Origin: the human T2T-CHM13v2.0 reference genome, Homo sapiens
NCBI RefSeq assembly: GCF_009914755.1
Contig: NC_060941.1
Direction: 5' to 3' (one strand)
DNA: 64,000 nt
A program made the translations under genes and the position numbers. The notes beneath the pieces are model-generated. The model saw only the letters and a program-made list of their open reading frames with translations. It did not search any database and had not been told where the DNA came from. Each line of letters opens with the position of its first letter. Position 1 is the first letter of the stretch. Below, piece after piece: positions 26,601 through 41,600 of this stretch.

Positions 26601-29600
26601 AAGCTAGATAGAAGCATTCTCAGAAACTACTTTGTGATGATTGCATTCAAGTCACAGAGTTGAACATTCCCTTTGACAGAGCAGTTTGGAAACTCTCTTT
26701 GTGTAGAATCTGCAAGTGGAGATATGGACCGCTTTGAGGCCTATGGTAGTAAAGGAAATAGCTTCATATAAAAGCTAGACAGTAGCATTCACAGAAAACT
26801 CTTGGTGACGACTGAGTTTAACTCACAGAGCTGAACATTCCTTTGGATGGAGCAGTTTCGAAACACACTATTTGTAGAATGTGCAAGTGGATATTTAGGC
26901 CTCTCTGAGGATTTCGTTGGAAACGGGATAAACCGCACAGAACTAAACAGAAGCATTCTCAGAACCTTCTTCGTGATGTTTGCATTCAACTCACAGTGTT
27001 GAACCTTTCTTTGATAGTTCAGGTTTGAAACGGTCTTTCTGTAGAAACTGCAAGTAGATATTTGGACCTCTCTGAGGATTTCGTTGGAAACGGGATAACC
27101 CGCACAGAACTAAAACAGAAGCATTCTCAGAACCCTCTTCGTGATGTTTGCATTCAACTCACAGTGCTGAACCTTTCTTTGATAGTTCAGCTTTGAAACA
27201 CTCTTTTTGTAGAAACTGCAAGTGGATATTTGGTCCTCTCTGAGGAATTCGTTGGAAACGGGATAAACTGCACAGAACTAAACAGAAGCATTCTCAGAAC
27301 CTTCTTCGTGATGTCTGCATTCAACTCACAGTGTGGAACCTTTCTTTGATAGTTCAGGTTTGAAACACTCTTTTTGTAGAAACTGCAAGGGGATAATTGC
27401 ACTCTTTGAGGAGTACCGTAGTAAAGGAAATAACTTCCTATAAAAAGAAGACAGAAGCTTTCTCAGAAAATTCTTTGGGATGATTGAGTTGAACTCACAG
27501 AGCTGAGCATTCCTTGCGATGTAGCAGTTTAGAAACACACTTTCTGCAGAATCTGCAAGTGCATATTTGGACCTCTGTGAGGAATTCGTTGGAAACGGGA
27601 TAATTTCAGCTGACTAAACAGAAGCAGTCTCAGAATCTTCTTTGTGATGTTTGCATTCAAATCCCCGAGTTGAACTTTCCTTTCAAAGTTCACGTTTGAA
27701 ACACTCTTTATGCAGGATCTACAAGTGGATATTTGGACCACTCTGTGTCCTTCGATCGAAACGGGTATATCTTCACATGACATCTAGACAGAAGCATCCT
27801 CAGAAGCTTCTCTGTGATGACTGCATTCAACTCACGGAGTTGAACACTCCTTTTGAGAGCGCAGTTTTGAAACTCTCTTTCTGTGGCATCTGCAAGGGGA
27901 CATGTAGACCTCTTTGAAGATTTCGTTGGAAACGGAATCATCTTCACATAAAAACTACACAGATGCATTCTCAGGAACTTTTTGGTGATGTTTGTATTCA
28001 ACTCCCAGAGTTGAACTTTCCTTTGGAAAGAGCAGCTATGAAACACTGTTTTTCTAGAATCTGCAAGTGGACGTTTGGAGGGCTTTGTGGTTTGTGGTGG
28101 AAAAGGAAATATCTTCACCTAAATACTAGATAGAAGCATTCTCAGAAACTGCTTTGTGATGATTGCATTCACCTCACAGAGTTGAACATTCCTATTGATA
28201 GAGCAGTTTGGAAACACTCTTGTTGTGGAATGTGCAAGTGGAGATTTGGAGCGCTTTGAGGCCTATGGTAGTAAAGGGAATAGCTTCATAGAAAAACTAG
28301 ACAGAAGCATTCTCAGAAAATACTTTGTGATGATTGAGTTTAACTCACAGAGCTGAACATTCCTTTGGATGGAGCAGGTTTGAGACACACTTTTTGTAGA
28401 ATCTACAAGTGGATATTTGGACCTCTCTGAGGATTTCGTTGGAAACGGGATAACTGCACCTAACTAAACGGAAGCATTCTCAGAAACTTCTTGGTGATGT
28501 TTGCATTCAAATCCCAGAGTTGAACCTTCCTTTGATAGTTCAGGTTTGAAACACTCTTTTTGTAGGATCTGCAAGTGGATATTTGGACCACTCTGTGGCC
28601 TTCGTTCGAAACGGGTATATCTTCGCATAAAATCTAGACAGAAGCCTTCTCAGAAACTTCTCTGTGATGATTGCATTCAACTCACAGAGTTGAACCCTCC
28701 TATGGATAGAGCAGTGTTGAAACTCTCTTTTTGTGGAATCTGCAAGTGGATACGTGGACCTCTCCGAAGATGTCTTTGGAAACGGGAATATCTTCACATA
28801 AAAACTAAACAGAAGCATTCTCAGAAACTTCTCTGTGATGTTTGTGTTCAACTCCCAGAGTTTCACATTGCTTTTCATAGAGTAGTTCTGAAACATGCTT
28901 TTCGTAGTGTCTACAAGTGGACATTTGGAGCGCTTTCAGGCCTGTGGTGGAAAACGAATTATGGTCACATAAAAACTGGAGAGAAGCATTGTCAGAAACT
29001 TCTTTGTGATGATTGCATTCAACTCACAGAGTTGAAGGTTCCTTTTCAAAGAGCAGTTTCCAATCACTCTTTCTGTGGAATCTGCAAGTGGATATTTGGA
29101 CCTATTTTGAAGATTTCGTTGGAAACGGGAGAATCTTCACAGGAAAGCTAAACAGAAGCATTCTCAGAAACTTCTTTGTGATGCTTGCATTCAACTCACA
29201 GAGTTGAACTTTCCTTTCGAGAGAGAAGCTTTGAAACACTCTTTTTCCAGAATCTGCAAGTGGACATTTGGAGGGCTTTGAGGCCTGTGGTGGAAAAGGA
29301 ATTATCTTCCCGTAAAAGCTAGATAGAAGCATTCTCAGAAACTACTTTGTGATGATTGCATTCAAGTCACAGAGTTGAACATTCCCTTTGACAGAGCAGT
29401 TTGGAAACTCTCTTTGTGTAGAATCTGCAAGTGGAGATATGGACCGCTTTGAGGCCTATGGTAGTAAAGGAAATAGCTTCATATAAAAGCTAGACAGTAG
29501 CATTCACAGAAAACTCTTGGTGACGACTGAGTTTAACTCACAGAGCTGAACATTCCTTTGGATGGAGCAGTTTCGAAACACACTATTTGTAGAATGTGCA

Positions 29601-32600
29601 AGTGGATATTTAGGCCTCTCTGAGGATTTCGTTGGAAACGGGATAAACCGCACAGAACTAAACAGAAGCATTCTCAGAACCTTCTTCGTGATGTTTGCAT
29701 TCAACTCACAGTGTTGAACCTTTCTTTGATAGTTCAGGTTTGAAACGGTCTTTCTGTAGAAACTGCAAGTAGATATTTGGACCTCTCTGAGGATTTCGTT
29801 GGAAACGGGATAACCCGCACAGAACTAAAACAGAAGCATTCTCAGAACCCTCTTCGTGATGTTTGCATTCAACTCACAGTGCTGAACCTTTCTTTGATAG
29901 TTCAGCTTTGAAACACTCTTTTTGTAGAAACTGCAAGTGGATATTTGGTCCTCTCTGAGGAATTCGTTGGAAACGGGATAAACTGCACAGAACTAAACAG
30001 AAGCATTCTCAGAACCTTCTTCGTGATGTCTGCATTCAACTCACAGTGTGGAACCTTTCTTTGATAGTTCAGGTTTGAAACACTCTTTTTGTAGAAACTG
30101 CAAGGGGATAATTGCACTCTTTGAGGAGTACCGTAGTAAAGGAAATAACTTCCTATAAAAAGAAGACAGAAGCTTTCTCAGAAAATTCTTTGGGATGATT
30201 GAGTTGAACTCACAGAGCTGAGCATTCCTTGCGATGTAGCTGTTTAGAAACACACTTTCTGCAGAATCTGCAAGTGCATATTTGGACCTCTGTGAGGAAT
30301 TCGTTGGAAACGGGATAATTTCAGCTGACTAAACAGAAGCAGTCTCAGAATCTTCTTTGTGATGTTTGCATTCAAATCCCCGAGTTGAACTTTCCTTTCA
30401 AAGTTCACGTTTGAAACACTCTTTTTGCAGGATCTACAAGTGGATATTTGGACCACTCTGTGTCCTTCGTTCGAAACGGGTATATCTTCACATGACATCT
30501 AGACAGAAGCACTCTCAGAAGCTTCTCTGTGATGACTGCATTCAACTCACGGAGTTGAACACTCCTTTTGAGAGCGCAGTTTTGAAACTCTCTTTCTGTG
30601 GCATCTGCAAGGGGACATGTAGACCTCTTTGAAGATTTCGTTGGAAACGGAATCATCTTCACATAAAAACTACACAGATGCATTCTCAGGAACTTTTTGG
30701 TGATGTTTGTATTCAACTCCCAGAGTTGAACTTTCCTTTGGAAAGAGCAGCTATGAAACACTGTTTTTCTAGAATCTGCAAGTGGACGTTTGGAGGGCTT
30801 TGTGGTTTGTGGTGGAAAAGGAAATATCTTCACCTAAATACTAGATAGAAGCATTCTCAGAAACTGCTTTGTGATGATTGCATTCACCTCACAGAGTTGA
30901 ACATTCCTATTGATAGAGCAGTTTGGAAACACTCTTGTTGTGGAATGTGCAAGTGGAGATTTGGAGCGCTTTGAGGCCTATGGTAGTAAAGGGAATAGCT
31001 TCATAGAAAAACTAGACAGAAGCATTCTCAGAAAATACTTTGTGATGATTGAGTTTAACTCACAGAGCTGAACATTCCTTTGGATGGAGCAGGTTTGAGA
31101 CACACTTTTTGTAGAATCTACAAGTGGATATTTGGACCTCTCTGAGGATTTCGTTGGAAACGGGATAACTGCACCTAACTAAACGGAAGCATTCTCAGAA
31201 ACTTCTTGGTGATGTTTGCATTCAAATCCCAGAGTTGAACCTTCCTTTGATAGTTCAGGTTTGAAACACTCTTTTTGTAGGATCTGCAAGTGGATATTTG
31301 GACCACTCTGTGGCCTTCGTTCGAAACGGGTATATCTTCGCATAAAATCTAGACAGAAGCCTTCTCAGAAACTTCTCTGTGATGATTGCATTCAACTCAC
31401 AGAGTTGAACCCTCCTATGGATAGAGCAGTGTTGAAACTCTCTTTTTGTGGAATCTGCAAGTGGATACGTGGACCTCTCCGAAGATGTCTTTGGAAACGG
31501 GAATATCTTCACATAAAAACTAAACAGAAGCATTCTCAGAAACTTCTCTGTGATGTTTGTGTTCAACTCCCAGAGTTTCACATTGCTTTTCATAGAGTAG
31601 TTCTGAAACATGCTTTTCGTAGTGTCTACAAGTGGACATTTGGAGCGCTTTCAGGCCTGTGGTGGAAAACGAATTATGGTCACATAAAAACTGGAGAGAA
31701 GCATTGTCAGAAACTTCTTTGTGATGATTGCATTCAACTCACAGAGTTGAAGGTTCCTTTTCAAAGAGCAGTTTCCAATCACTCTTTCTGTGGAATCTGC
31801 AAGTGGATATTTGGACCTATTTTGAAGATTTCGTTGGAAACGGGAGAATCTTCACAGGAAAGCTAAACAGAAGCATTCTCAGAAACTTCTTTGTGATGCT
31901 TGCATTCAACTCACAGAGTTGAACTTTCCTTTCGAGAGAGAAGCTTTGAAACACTCTTTTTCCAGAATCTGCAAGTGGACATTTGGAGGGCTTTGAGGCC
32001 TGTGGTGGAAAAGGAATTATCTTCCCGTAAAAGCTAGATAGAAGCATTCTCAGAAACTACTTTGTGATGATTGCATTCAAGTCACAGAGTTGAACATTCC
32101 CTTTGACAGAGCAGTTTGGAAACTCTCTTTGTGTAGAATCTGCAAGTGGAGATATGGACCGCTTTGAGGCCTATGGTAGTAAAGGAAATAGCTTCATATA
32201 AAAGCTAGACAGTAGCATTCACAGAAAACTCTTGGTGACGACTGAGTTTAACTCACAGAGCTGAACATTCCTTTGGATGGAGCAGTTTCGAAACACACTA
32301 TTTGTAGAATGTGCAAGTGGATATTTAGGCCTCTCTGAGGATTTCGTTGGAAACGGGATAAACCGCACAGAACTAAACAGAAGCATTCTCAGAACCTTCT
32401 TCGTGATGTTTGCATTCAACTCACAGTGTTGAACCTTTCTTTGATAGTTCAGGTTTGAAACGGTCTTTCTGTAGAAACTGCAAGTAGATATTTGGACCTC
32501 TCTGAGGATTTCGTTGGAAACGGGATAACCCGCACAGAACTAAAACAGAAGCATTCTCAGAACCCTCTTCGTGATGTTTGCATTCAACTCACAGTGCTGA

Positions 32601-35600
32601 ACCTTTCTTTGATAGTTCAGCTTTGAAACACTCTTTTTGTAGAAACTGCAAGTGGATATTTGGTCCTCTCTGAGCATTTCGTTGGAAACGGGATAAACTG
32701 CACAGAACTAAACAGAAGCATTCTCAGAACCTTCTTCGTGATGTCTGCATTCAACTCACAGTGTGGAACCTTTCTTTGATAGTTCAGGTTTGAAACACTC
32801 TTTTTGTAGAAACTGCAAGGGGATAATTGCACTCTTTGAGGAGTACCGTAGTAAAGGAAATAACTTCCTATAAAAAGAAGACAGAAGCTTTCTCAGAAAA
32901 TTCTTTGGGATGATTGAGTTGAACTCACAGAGCTGAGCATTCCTTGCGATGTAGCAGTTTAGAAACACACTTTCTGCAGAATCTGCAAGTGCATATTTGG
33001 ACCTCTGTGAGGAATTCGTTGGAAACGGGATAATTTCAGCTGACTAAACAGAAGCAGTCTCAGAATCTTCTTTGTGATGTTTGCATTCAAATCCCCGAGT
33101 TGAACTTTCCTTTCAAAGTTCACGTTTGAAACACTCTTTTTGCAGGATCTACAAGTGGATATTTGGACCACTCTGTGTCCTTCGATCGAAACGGGTATAT
33201 CTTCACATGACATCTAGACAGAAGCATCCTCAGAAGCTTCTCTGTGATGACTGCATTCAACTCACGGAGTTGAACACTCCTTTTGAGAGCGCAGTTTTGA
33301 AACTCTCTTTCTGTGGCATCTGCAAGGGGACATGTAGACCTCTTTGAAGATTTCGTTGGAAACGGAATCATCTTCACATAAAAACTACACAGATGCATTC
33401 TCAGGAACTTTTTGGTGATGTTTGTATTCAACTCCCAGAGTTGAACTTTCCTTTGGAAAGAGCAGCTATGAAACACTGTTTTTCTAGAATCTGCAAGTGG
33501 ACGTTTGGAGGGCTTTGTGGTTTGTGGTGGAAAAGGAAATATCTTCACCTAAATACTAGATAGAAGCATTCTCAGAAACTGCTTTGTGATGATTGCATTC
33601 ACCTCACAGAGTTGAACATTCCTATTGATAGAGCAGTTTGGAAACACTCTTGTTGTGGAATGTGCAAGTGGAGATTTGGAGCGCTTTGAGGCCTATGGTA
33701 GTAAAGGGAATAGCTTCATAGAAAAACTAGACAGAAGCATTCTCAGAAAATACTTTGTGATGATTGAGTTTAACTCACAGAGCTGAACATTCCTTTGGAT
33801 GGAGCAGGTTTGAGACACACTTTTTGTAGAATCTACAAGTGGATATTTGGACCTCTCTGAGGATTTCGTTGGAAACGGGATAACTGCACCTAACTAAACG
33901 GAAGCATTCTCAGAAACTTCTTGGTGATGTTTGCATTCAAATCCCAGAGTTGAACCTTCCTTTGATAGTTCAGGTTTGAAACACTCTTTTTGTAGGATCT
34001 GCAAGTGGATATTTGGACCACTCTGTGGCCTTCGTTCGAAACGGGTATATCTTCGCATAAAATCTAGACAGAAGCCTTCTCAGAAACTTCTCTGTGATGA
34101 TTGCATTCAACTCACAGAGTTGAACCCTCCTATGGATAGAGCAGTGTTGAAACTCTCTTTTTGTGGAATCTGCAAGTGGATACGTGGACCTCTCCGAAGA
34201 TGTCTTTGGAAACGGGAATATCTTCACATAAAAACTAAACAGAAGCATTCTCAGAAACTTCTCTGTGATGTTTGTGTTCAACTCCCAGAGTTTCACATTG
34301 CTTTTCATAGAGTAGTTCTGAAACATGCTTTTCGTAGTGTCTACAAGTGGACATTTGGAGCGCTTTCAGGCCTGTGGTGGAAAACGAATTATGGTCACAT
34401 AAAAACTGGAGAGAAGCATTGTCAGAAACTTCTTTGTGATGATTGCATTCAACTCACAGAGTTGAAGGTTCCTTTTCAAAGAGCAGTTTCCAATCACTCT
34501 TTCTGTGGAATCTGCAAGTGGATATTTGGACCTATTTTGAAGATTTCGTTGGAAACGGGAGAATCTTCACAGGAAAGCTAAACAGAAGCATTCTCAGAAA
34601 CTTCTTTGTGATGCTTGCATTCAACTCACAGAGTTGAACTTTCCTTTCGAGAGAGAAGCTTTGAAACACTCTTTTTCCAGAATCTGCAAGTGGACATTTG
34701 GAGGGCTTTGAGGCCTGTGGTGGAAAAGGAATTATCTTCCCGTAAAAGCTAGATAGAAGCATTCTCAGAAACTACTTTGTGATGATTGCATTCAAGTCAC
34801 AGAGTTGAACATTCCCTTTGACAGAGCAGTTTGGAAACTCTCTTTGTGTAGAATCTGCAAGTGGAGATATGGACCGCTTTGAGGCCTATGGTAGTAAAGG
34901 AAATAGCTTCATATAAAAGCTAGACAGTAGCATTCACAGAAAACTCTTGGTGACGACTGAGTTTAACTCACAGAGCTGAACATTCCTTTGGATGGAGCAG
35001 TTTCGAAACACACTATTTGTAGAATGTGCAAGTGGATATTTAGGCCTCTCTGAGGATTTCGTTGGAAACGGGATAAACCGCACAGAACTAAACAGAAGCA
35101 TTCTCAGAACCTTCTTCGTGATGTTTGCATTCAACTCACAGTGTTGAACCTTTCTTTGATAGTTCAGGTTTGAAACGGTCTTTCTGTAGAAACTGCAAGT
35201 AGATATTTGGACCTCTCTGAGGATTTCGTTGGAAACGGGATAACCCGCACAGAACTAAAACAGAAGCATTCTCAGAACCCTCTTCGTGATGTTTGCATTC
35301 AACTCACAGTGCTGAACCTTTCTTTGATAGTTCAGCTTTGAAACACTCTTTTTGTAGAAACTGCAAGTGGATATTTGGTCCTCTCTGAGCATTTCGTTGG
35401 AAACGGGATAAACTGCACAGAACTAAACAGAAGCATTCTCAGAACCTTCTTCGTGATGTCTGCATTCAACTCACAGTGTGGAACCTTTCTTTGATAGTTC
35501 AGGTTTGAAACACTCTTTTTGTAGAAACTGCAAGGGGATAATTGCACTCTTTGAGGAGTACCGTAGTAAAGGAAATAACTTCCTATAAAAAGAAGACAGA

Positions 35601-38600
35601 AGCTTTCTCAGAAAATTCTTTGGGATGATTGAGTTGAACTCACAGAGCTGAGCATTCCTTGCGATGTAGCAGTTTAGAAACACACTTTCTGCAGAATCTG
35701 CAAGTGCATATTTGGACCTCTGTGAGGAATTCGTTGGAAACGGGATAATTTCAGCTGACTAAACAGAAGCAGTCTCAGAATCTTCTTTGTGATGTTTGCA
35801 TTCAAATCCCCGAGTTGAACTTTCCTTTCAAAGTTCACGTTTGAAACACTCTTTTTGCAGGATCTACAAGTGGATATTTGGACCACTCTGTGTCCTTCGA
35901 TCGAAACGGGTATATCTTCACATGACATCTAGACAGAAGCATCCTCAGAAGCTTCTCTGTGATGACTGCATTCAACTCACGGAGTTGAACACTCCTTTTG
36001 AGAGCGCAGTTTTGAAACTCTCTTTCTGTGGCATCTGCAAGGGGACATGTAGACCTCTTTGAAGATTTCGTTGGAAACGGAATCATCTTCACATAAAAAC
36101 TACACAGATGCATTCTCAGGAACTTTTTGGTGATGTTTGTATTCAACTCCCAGAGTTGAACTTTCCTTTGGAAAGAGCAGCTATGAAACACTGTTTTTCT
36201 AGAATCTGCAAGTGGACGTTTGGAGGGCTTTGTGGTTTGTGGTGGAAAAGGAAATATCTTCACCTAAATACTAGATAGAAGCATTCTCAGAAACTGCTTT
36301 GTGATGATTGCATTCACCTCACAGAGTTGAACATTCCTATTGATAGAGCAGTTTGGAAACACTCTTGTTGTGGAATGTGCAAGTGGAGATTTGGAGCGCT
36401 TTGAGGCCTATGGTAGTAAAGGGAATAGCTTCATAGAAAAACTAGACAGAAGCATTCTCAGAAAATACTTTGTGATGATTGAGTTTAACTCACAGAGCTG
36501 AACATTCCTTTGGATGGAGCAGGTTTGAGACACACTTTTTGTAGAATCTACAAGTGGATATTTGGACCTCTCTGAGGATTTCGTTGGAAACGGGATAACT
36601 GCACCTAACTAAACGGAAGCATTCTCAGAAACTTCTTGGTGATGTTTGCATTCAAATCCCAGAGTTGAACCTTCCTTTGATAGTTCAGGTTTGAAACACT
36701 CTTTTTGTAGGATCTGCAAGTGGATATTTGGACCACTCTGTGGCCTTCGTTCGAAACGGGTATATCTTCGCATAAAATCTAGACAGAAGCCTTCTCAGAA
36801 ACTTCTCTGTGATGATTGCATTCAACTCACAGAGTTGAACCCTCCTATGGATAGAGCAGTGTTGAAACTCTCTTTTTGTGGAATCTGCAAGTGGATACGT
36901 GGACCTCTCCGAAGATGTCTTTGGAAACGGGAATATCTTCACATAAAAACTAAACAGAAGCATTCTCAGAAACTTCTCTGTGATGTTTGTGTTCAACTCC
37001 CAGAGTTTCACATTGCTTTTCATAGAGTAGTTCTGAAACATGCTTTTCGTAGTGTCTACAAGTGGACATTTGGAGCGCTTTCAGGCCTGTGGTGGAAAAC
37101 GAATTATGGTCACATAAAAACTGGAGAGAAGCATTGTCAGAAACTTCTTTGTGATGATTGCATTCAACTCACAGAGTTGAAGGTTCCTTTTCAAAGAGCA
37201 GTTTCCAATCACTCTTTCTGTGGAATCTGCAAGTGGATATTTGGACCTATTTTGAAGATTTCGTTGGAAACGGGAGAATCTTCACAGGAAAGCTAAACAG
37301 AAGCATTCTCAGAAACTTCTTTGTGATGCTTGCATTCAACTCACAGAGTTGAACTTTCCTTTCGAGAGAGAAGCTTTGAAACACTCTTTTTCCAGAATCT
37401 GCAAGTGGACATTTGGAGGGCTTTGAGGCCTGTGGTGGAAAAGGAATTATCTTCCCGTAAAAGCTAGATAGAAGCATTCTCAGAAACTACTTTGTGATGA
37501 TTGCATTCAAGTCACAGAGTTGAACATTCCCTTTGACAGAGCAGTTTGGAAACTCTCTTTGTGTAGAATCTGCAAGTGGAGATATGGACCGCTTTGAGGC
37601 CTATGGTAGTAAAGGAAATAGCTTCATATAAAAGCTAGACAGTAGCATTCACAGAAAACTCTTGGTGACGACTGAGTTTAACTCACAGAGCTGAACATTC
37701 CTTTGGATGGAGCAGTTTCGAAACACACTATTTGTAGAATGTGCAAGTGGATATTTAGGCCTCTCTGAGGATTTCGTTGGAAACGGGATAAACCGCACAG
37801 AACTAAACAGAAGCATTCTCAGAACCTTCTTCGTGATGTTTGCATTCAACTCACAGTGTTGAACCTTTCTTTGATAGTTCAGGTTTGAAACGGTCTTTCT
37901 GTAGAAACTGCAAGTAGATATTTGGACCTCTCTGAGGATTTCGTTGGAAACGGGATAACCCGCACAGAACTAAAACAGAAGCATTCTCAGAACCCTCTTC
38001 GTGATGTTTGCATTCAACTCACAGTGCTGAACCTTTCTTTGATAGTTCAGCTTTGAAACACTCTTTTTGTAGAAACTGCAAGTGGATATTTGGTCCTCTC
38101 TGAGCATTTCGTTGGAAACGGGATAAACTGCACAGAACTAAACAGAAGCATTCTCAGAACCTTCTTCGTGATGTCTGCATTCAACTCACAGTGTGGAACC
38201 TTTCTTTGATAGTTCAGGTTTGAAACACTCTTTTTGTAGAAACTGCAAGGGGATAATTGCACTCTTTGAGGAGTACCGTAGTAAAGGAAATAACTTCCTA
38301 TAAAAAGAAGACAGAAGCTTTCTCAGAAAATTCTTTGGGATGATTGAGTTGAACTCACAGAGCTGAGCATTCCTTGCGATGTAGCAGTTTAGAAACACAC
38401 TTTCTGCAGAATCTGCAAGTGCATATTTGGACCTCTGTGAGGAATTCGTTGGAAACGGGATAATTTCAGCTGACTAAACAGAAGCAGTCTCAGAATCTTC
38501 TTTGTGATGTTTGCATTCAAATCCCCGAGTTGAACTTTCCTTTCAAAGTTCACGTTTGAAACACTCTTTTTGCAGGATCTACAAGTGGATATTTGGACCA

Positions 38601-41600
38601 CTCTGTGTCCTTCGATCGAAACGGGTATATCTTCACATGACATCTAGACAGAAGCATCCTCAGAAGCTTCTCTGTGATGACTGCATTCAACTCACGGAGT
38701 TGAACACTCCTTTTGAGAGCGCAGTTTTGAAACTCTCTTTCTGTGGCATCTGCAAGGGGACATGTAGACCTCTTTGAAGATTTCGTTGGAAACGGAATCA
38801 TCTTCACATAAAAACTACACAGATGCATTCTCAGGAACTTTTTGGTGATGTTTGTATTCAACTCCCAGAGTTGAACTTTCCTTTGGAAAGAGCAGCTATG
38901 AAACACTGTTTTTCTAGAATCTGCAAGTGGACGTTTGGAGGGCTTTGTGGTTTGTGGTGGAAAAGGAAATATCTTCACCTAAATACTAGATAGAAGCATT
39001 CTCAGAAACTGCTTTGTGATGATTGCATTCACCTCACAGAGTTGAACATTCCTATTGATAGAGCAGTTTGGAAACACTCTTGTTGTGGAATGTGCAAGTG
39101 GAGATTTGGAGCGCTTTGAGGCCTATGGTAGTAAAGGGAATAGCTTCATAGAAAAACTAGACAGAAGCATTCTCAGAAAATACTTTGTGATGATTGAGTT
39201 TAACTCACAGAGCTGAACATTCCTTTGGATGGAGCAGGTTTGAGACACACTTTTTGTAGAATCTACAAGTGGATATTTGGACCTCTCTGAGGATTTCGTT
39301 GGAAACGGGATAACTGCACCTAACTAAACGGAAGCATTCTCAGAAACTTCTTGGTGATGTTTGCATTCAAATCCCAGAGTTGAACCTTCCTTTGATAGTT
39401 CAGGTTTGAAACACTCTTTTTGTAGGATCTGCAAGTGGATATTTGGACCACTCTGTGGCCTTCGTTCGAAACGGGTATATCTTCGCATAAAATCTAGACA
39501 GAAGCCTTCTCAGAAACTTCTCTGTGATGATTGCATTCAACTCACAGAGTTGAACCCTCCTATGGATAGAGCAGTGTTGAAACTCTCTTTTTGTGGAATC
39601 TGCAAGTGGATACGTGGACCTCTCCGAAGATGTCTTTGGAAACGGGAATATCTTCACATAAAAACTAAACAGAAGCATTCTCAGAAACTTCTCTGTGATG
39701 TTTGTGTTCAACTCCCAGAGTTTCACATTGCTTTTCATAGAGTAGTTCTGAAACATGCTTTTCGTAGTGTCTACAAGTGGACATTTGGAGCGCTTTCAGG
39801 CCTGTGGTGGAAAACGAATTATGGTCACATAAAAACTGGAGAGAAGCATTGTCAGAAACTTCTTTGTGATGATTGCATTCAACTCACAGAGTTGAAGGTT
39901 CCTTTTCAAAGAGCAGTTTCCAATCACTCTTTCTGTGGAATCTGCAAGTGGATATTTGGACCTATTTTGAAGATTTCGTTGGAAACGGGAGAATCTTCAC
40001 AGGAAAGCTAAACAGAAGCATTCTCAGAAACTTCTTTGTGATGCTTGCATTCAACTCACAGAGTTGAACTTTCCTTTCGAGAGAGAAGCTTTGAAACACT
40101 CTTTTTCCAGAATCTGCAAGTGGACATTTGGAGGGCTTTGAGGCCTGTGGTGGAAAAGGAATTATCTTCCCGTAAAAGCTAGATAGAAGCATTCTCAGAA
40201 ACTACTTTGTGATGATTGCATTCAAGTCACAGAGTTGAACATTCCCTTTGACAGAGCAGTTTGGAAACTCTCTTTGTGTAGAATCTGCAAGTGGAGATAT
40301 GGACCGCTTTGAGGCCTATGGTAGTAAAGGAAATAGCTTCATATAAAAGCTAGACAGTAGCATTCACAGAAAACTCTTGGTGACGACTGAGTTTAACTCA
40401 CAGAGCTGAACATTCCTTTGGATGGAGCAGTTTCGAAACACACTATTTGTAGAATGTGCAAGTGGATATTTAGGCCTCTCTGAGGATTTCGTTGGAAACG
40501 GGATAAACCGCACAGAACTAAACAGAAGCATTCTCAGAACCTTCTTCGTGATGTTTGCATTCAACTCACAGTGTTGAACCTTTCTTTGATAGTTCAGGTT
40601 TGAAACGGTCTTTCTGTAGAAACTGCAAGTAGATATTTGGACCTCTCTGAGGATTTCGTTGGAAACGGGATAACCCGCACAGAACTAAAACAGAAGCATT
40701 CTCAGAACCCTCTTCGTGATGTTTGCATTCAACTCACAGTGCTGAACCTTTCTTTGATAGTTCAGCTTTGAAACACTCTTTTTGTAGAAACTGCAAGTGG
40801 ATATTTGGTCCTCTCTGAGGATTTCGTTGGAAACGGGATAAACTGCACAGAACTAAACAGAAGCATTCTCAGAACCTTCTTCGTGATGTCTGCATTCAAC
40901 TCACAGTGTGGAACCTTTCTTTGATAGTTCAGGTTTGAAACACTCTTTTTGTAGAAACTGCAAGGGGATAATTGCACTCTTTGAGGAGTACCGTAGTAAA
41001 GGAAATAACTTCCTATAAAAAGAAGACAGAAGCTTTCTCAGAAAATTCTTTGGGATGATTGAGTTGAACTCACAGAGCTGAGCATTCCTTGCGATGTAGC
41101 AGTTTAGAAACACACTTTCTGCAGAATCTGCAAGTGCATATTTGGACCTCTGTGAGGAATTCGTTGGAAACGGGATAATTTCAGCTGACTAAACAGAAGC
41201 AGTCTCAGAATCTTCTTTGTGATGTTTGCATTCAAATCCCCGAGTTGAACTTTCCTTTCAAAGTTCACGTTTGAAACACTCTTTTTGCAGGATCTACAAG
41301 TGGATATTTGGACCACTCTGTGTCCTTCGATCGAAACGGGTATATCTTCACATGACATCTAGACAGAAGCATCCTCAGAAGCTTCTCTGTGATGACTGCA
41401 TTCAACTCACGGAGTTGAACACTCCTTTTGAGAGCGCAGTTTTGAAACTCTCTTTCTGTGGCATCTGCAAGGGGACATGTAGACCTCTTTGAAGATTTCG
41501 TTGGAAACGGAATCATCTTCACATAAAAACTATACAGATGCATTCTCAGGAACTTTTTGGTGATGTTTGTATTCAACTCCCAGAGTTGAACTTTCCTTTG

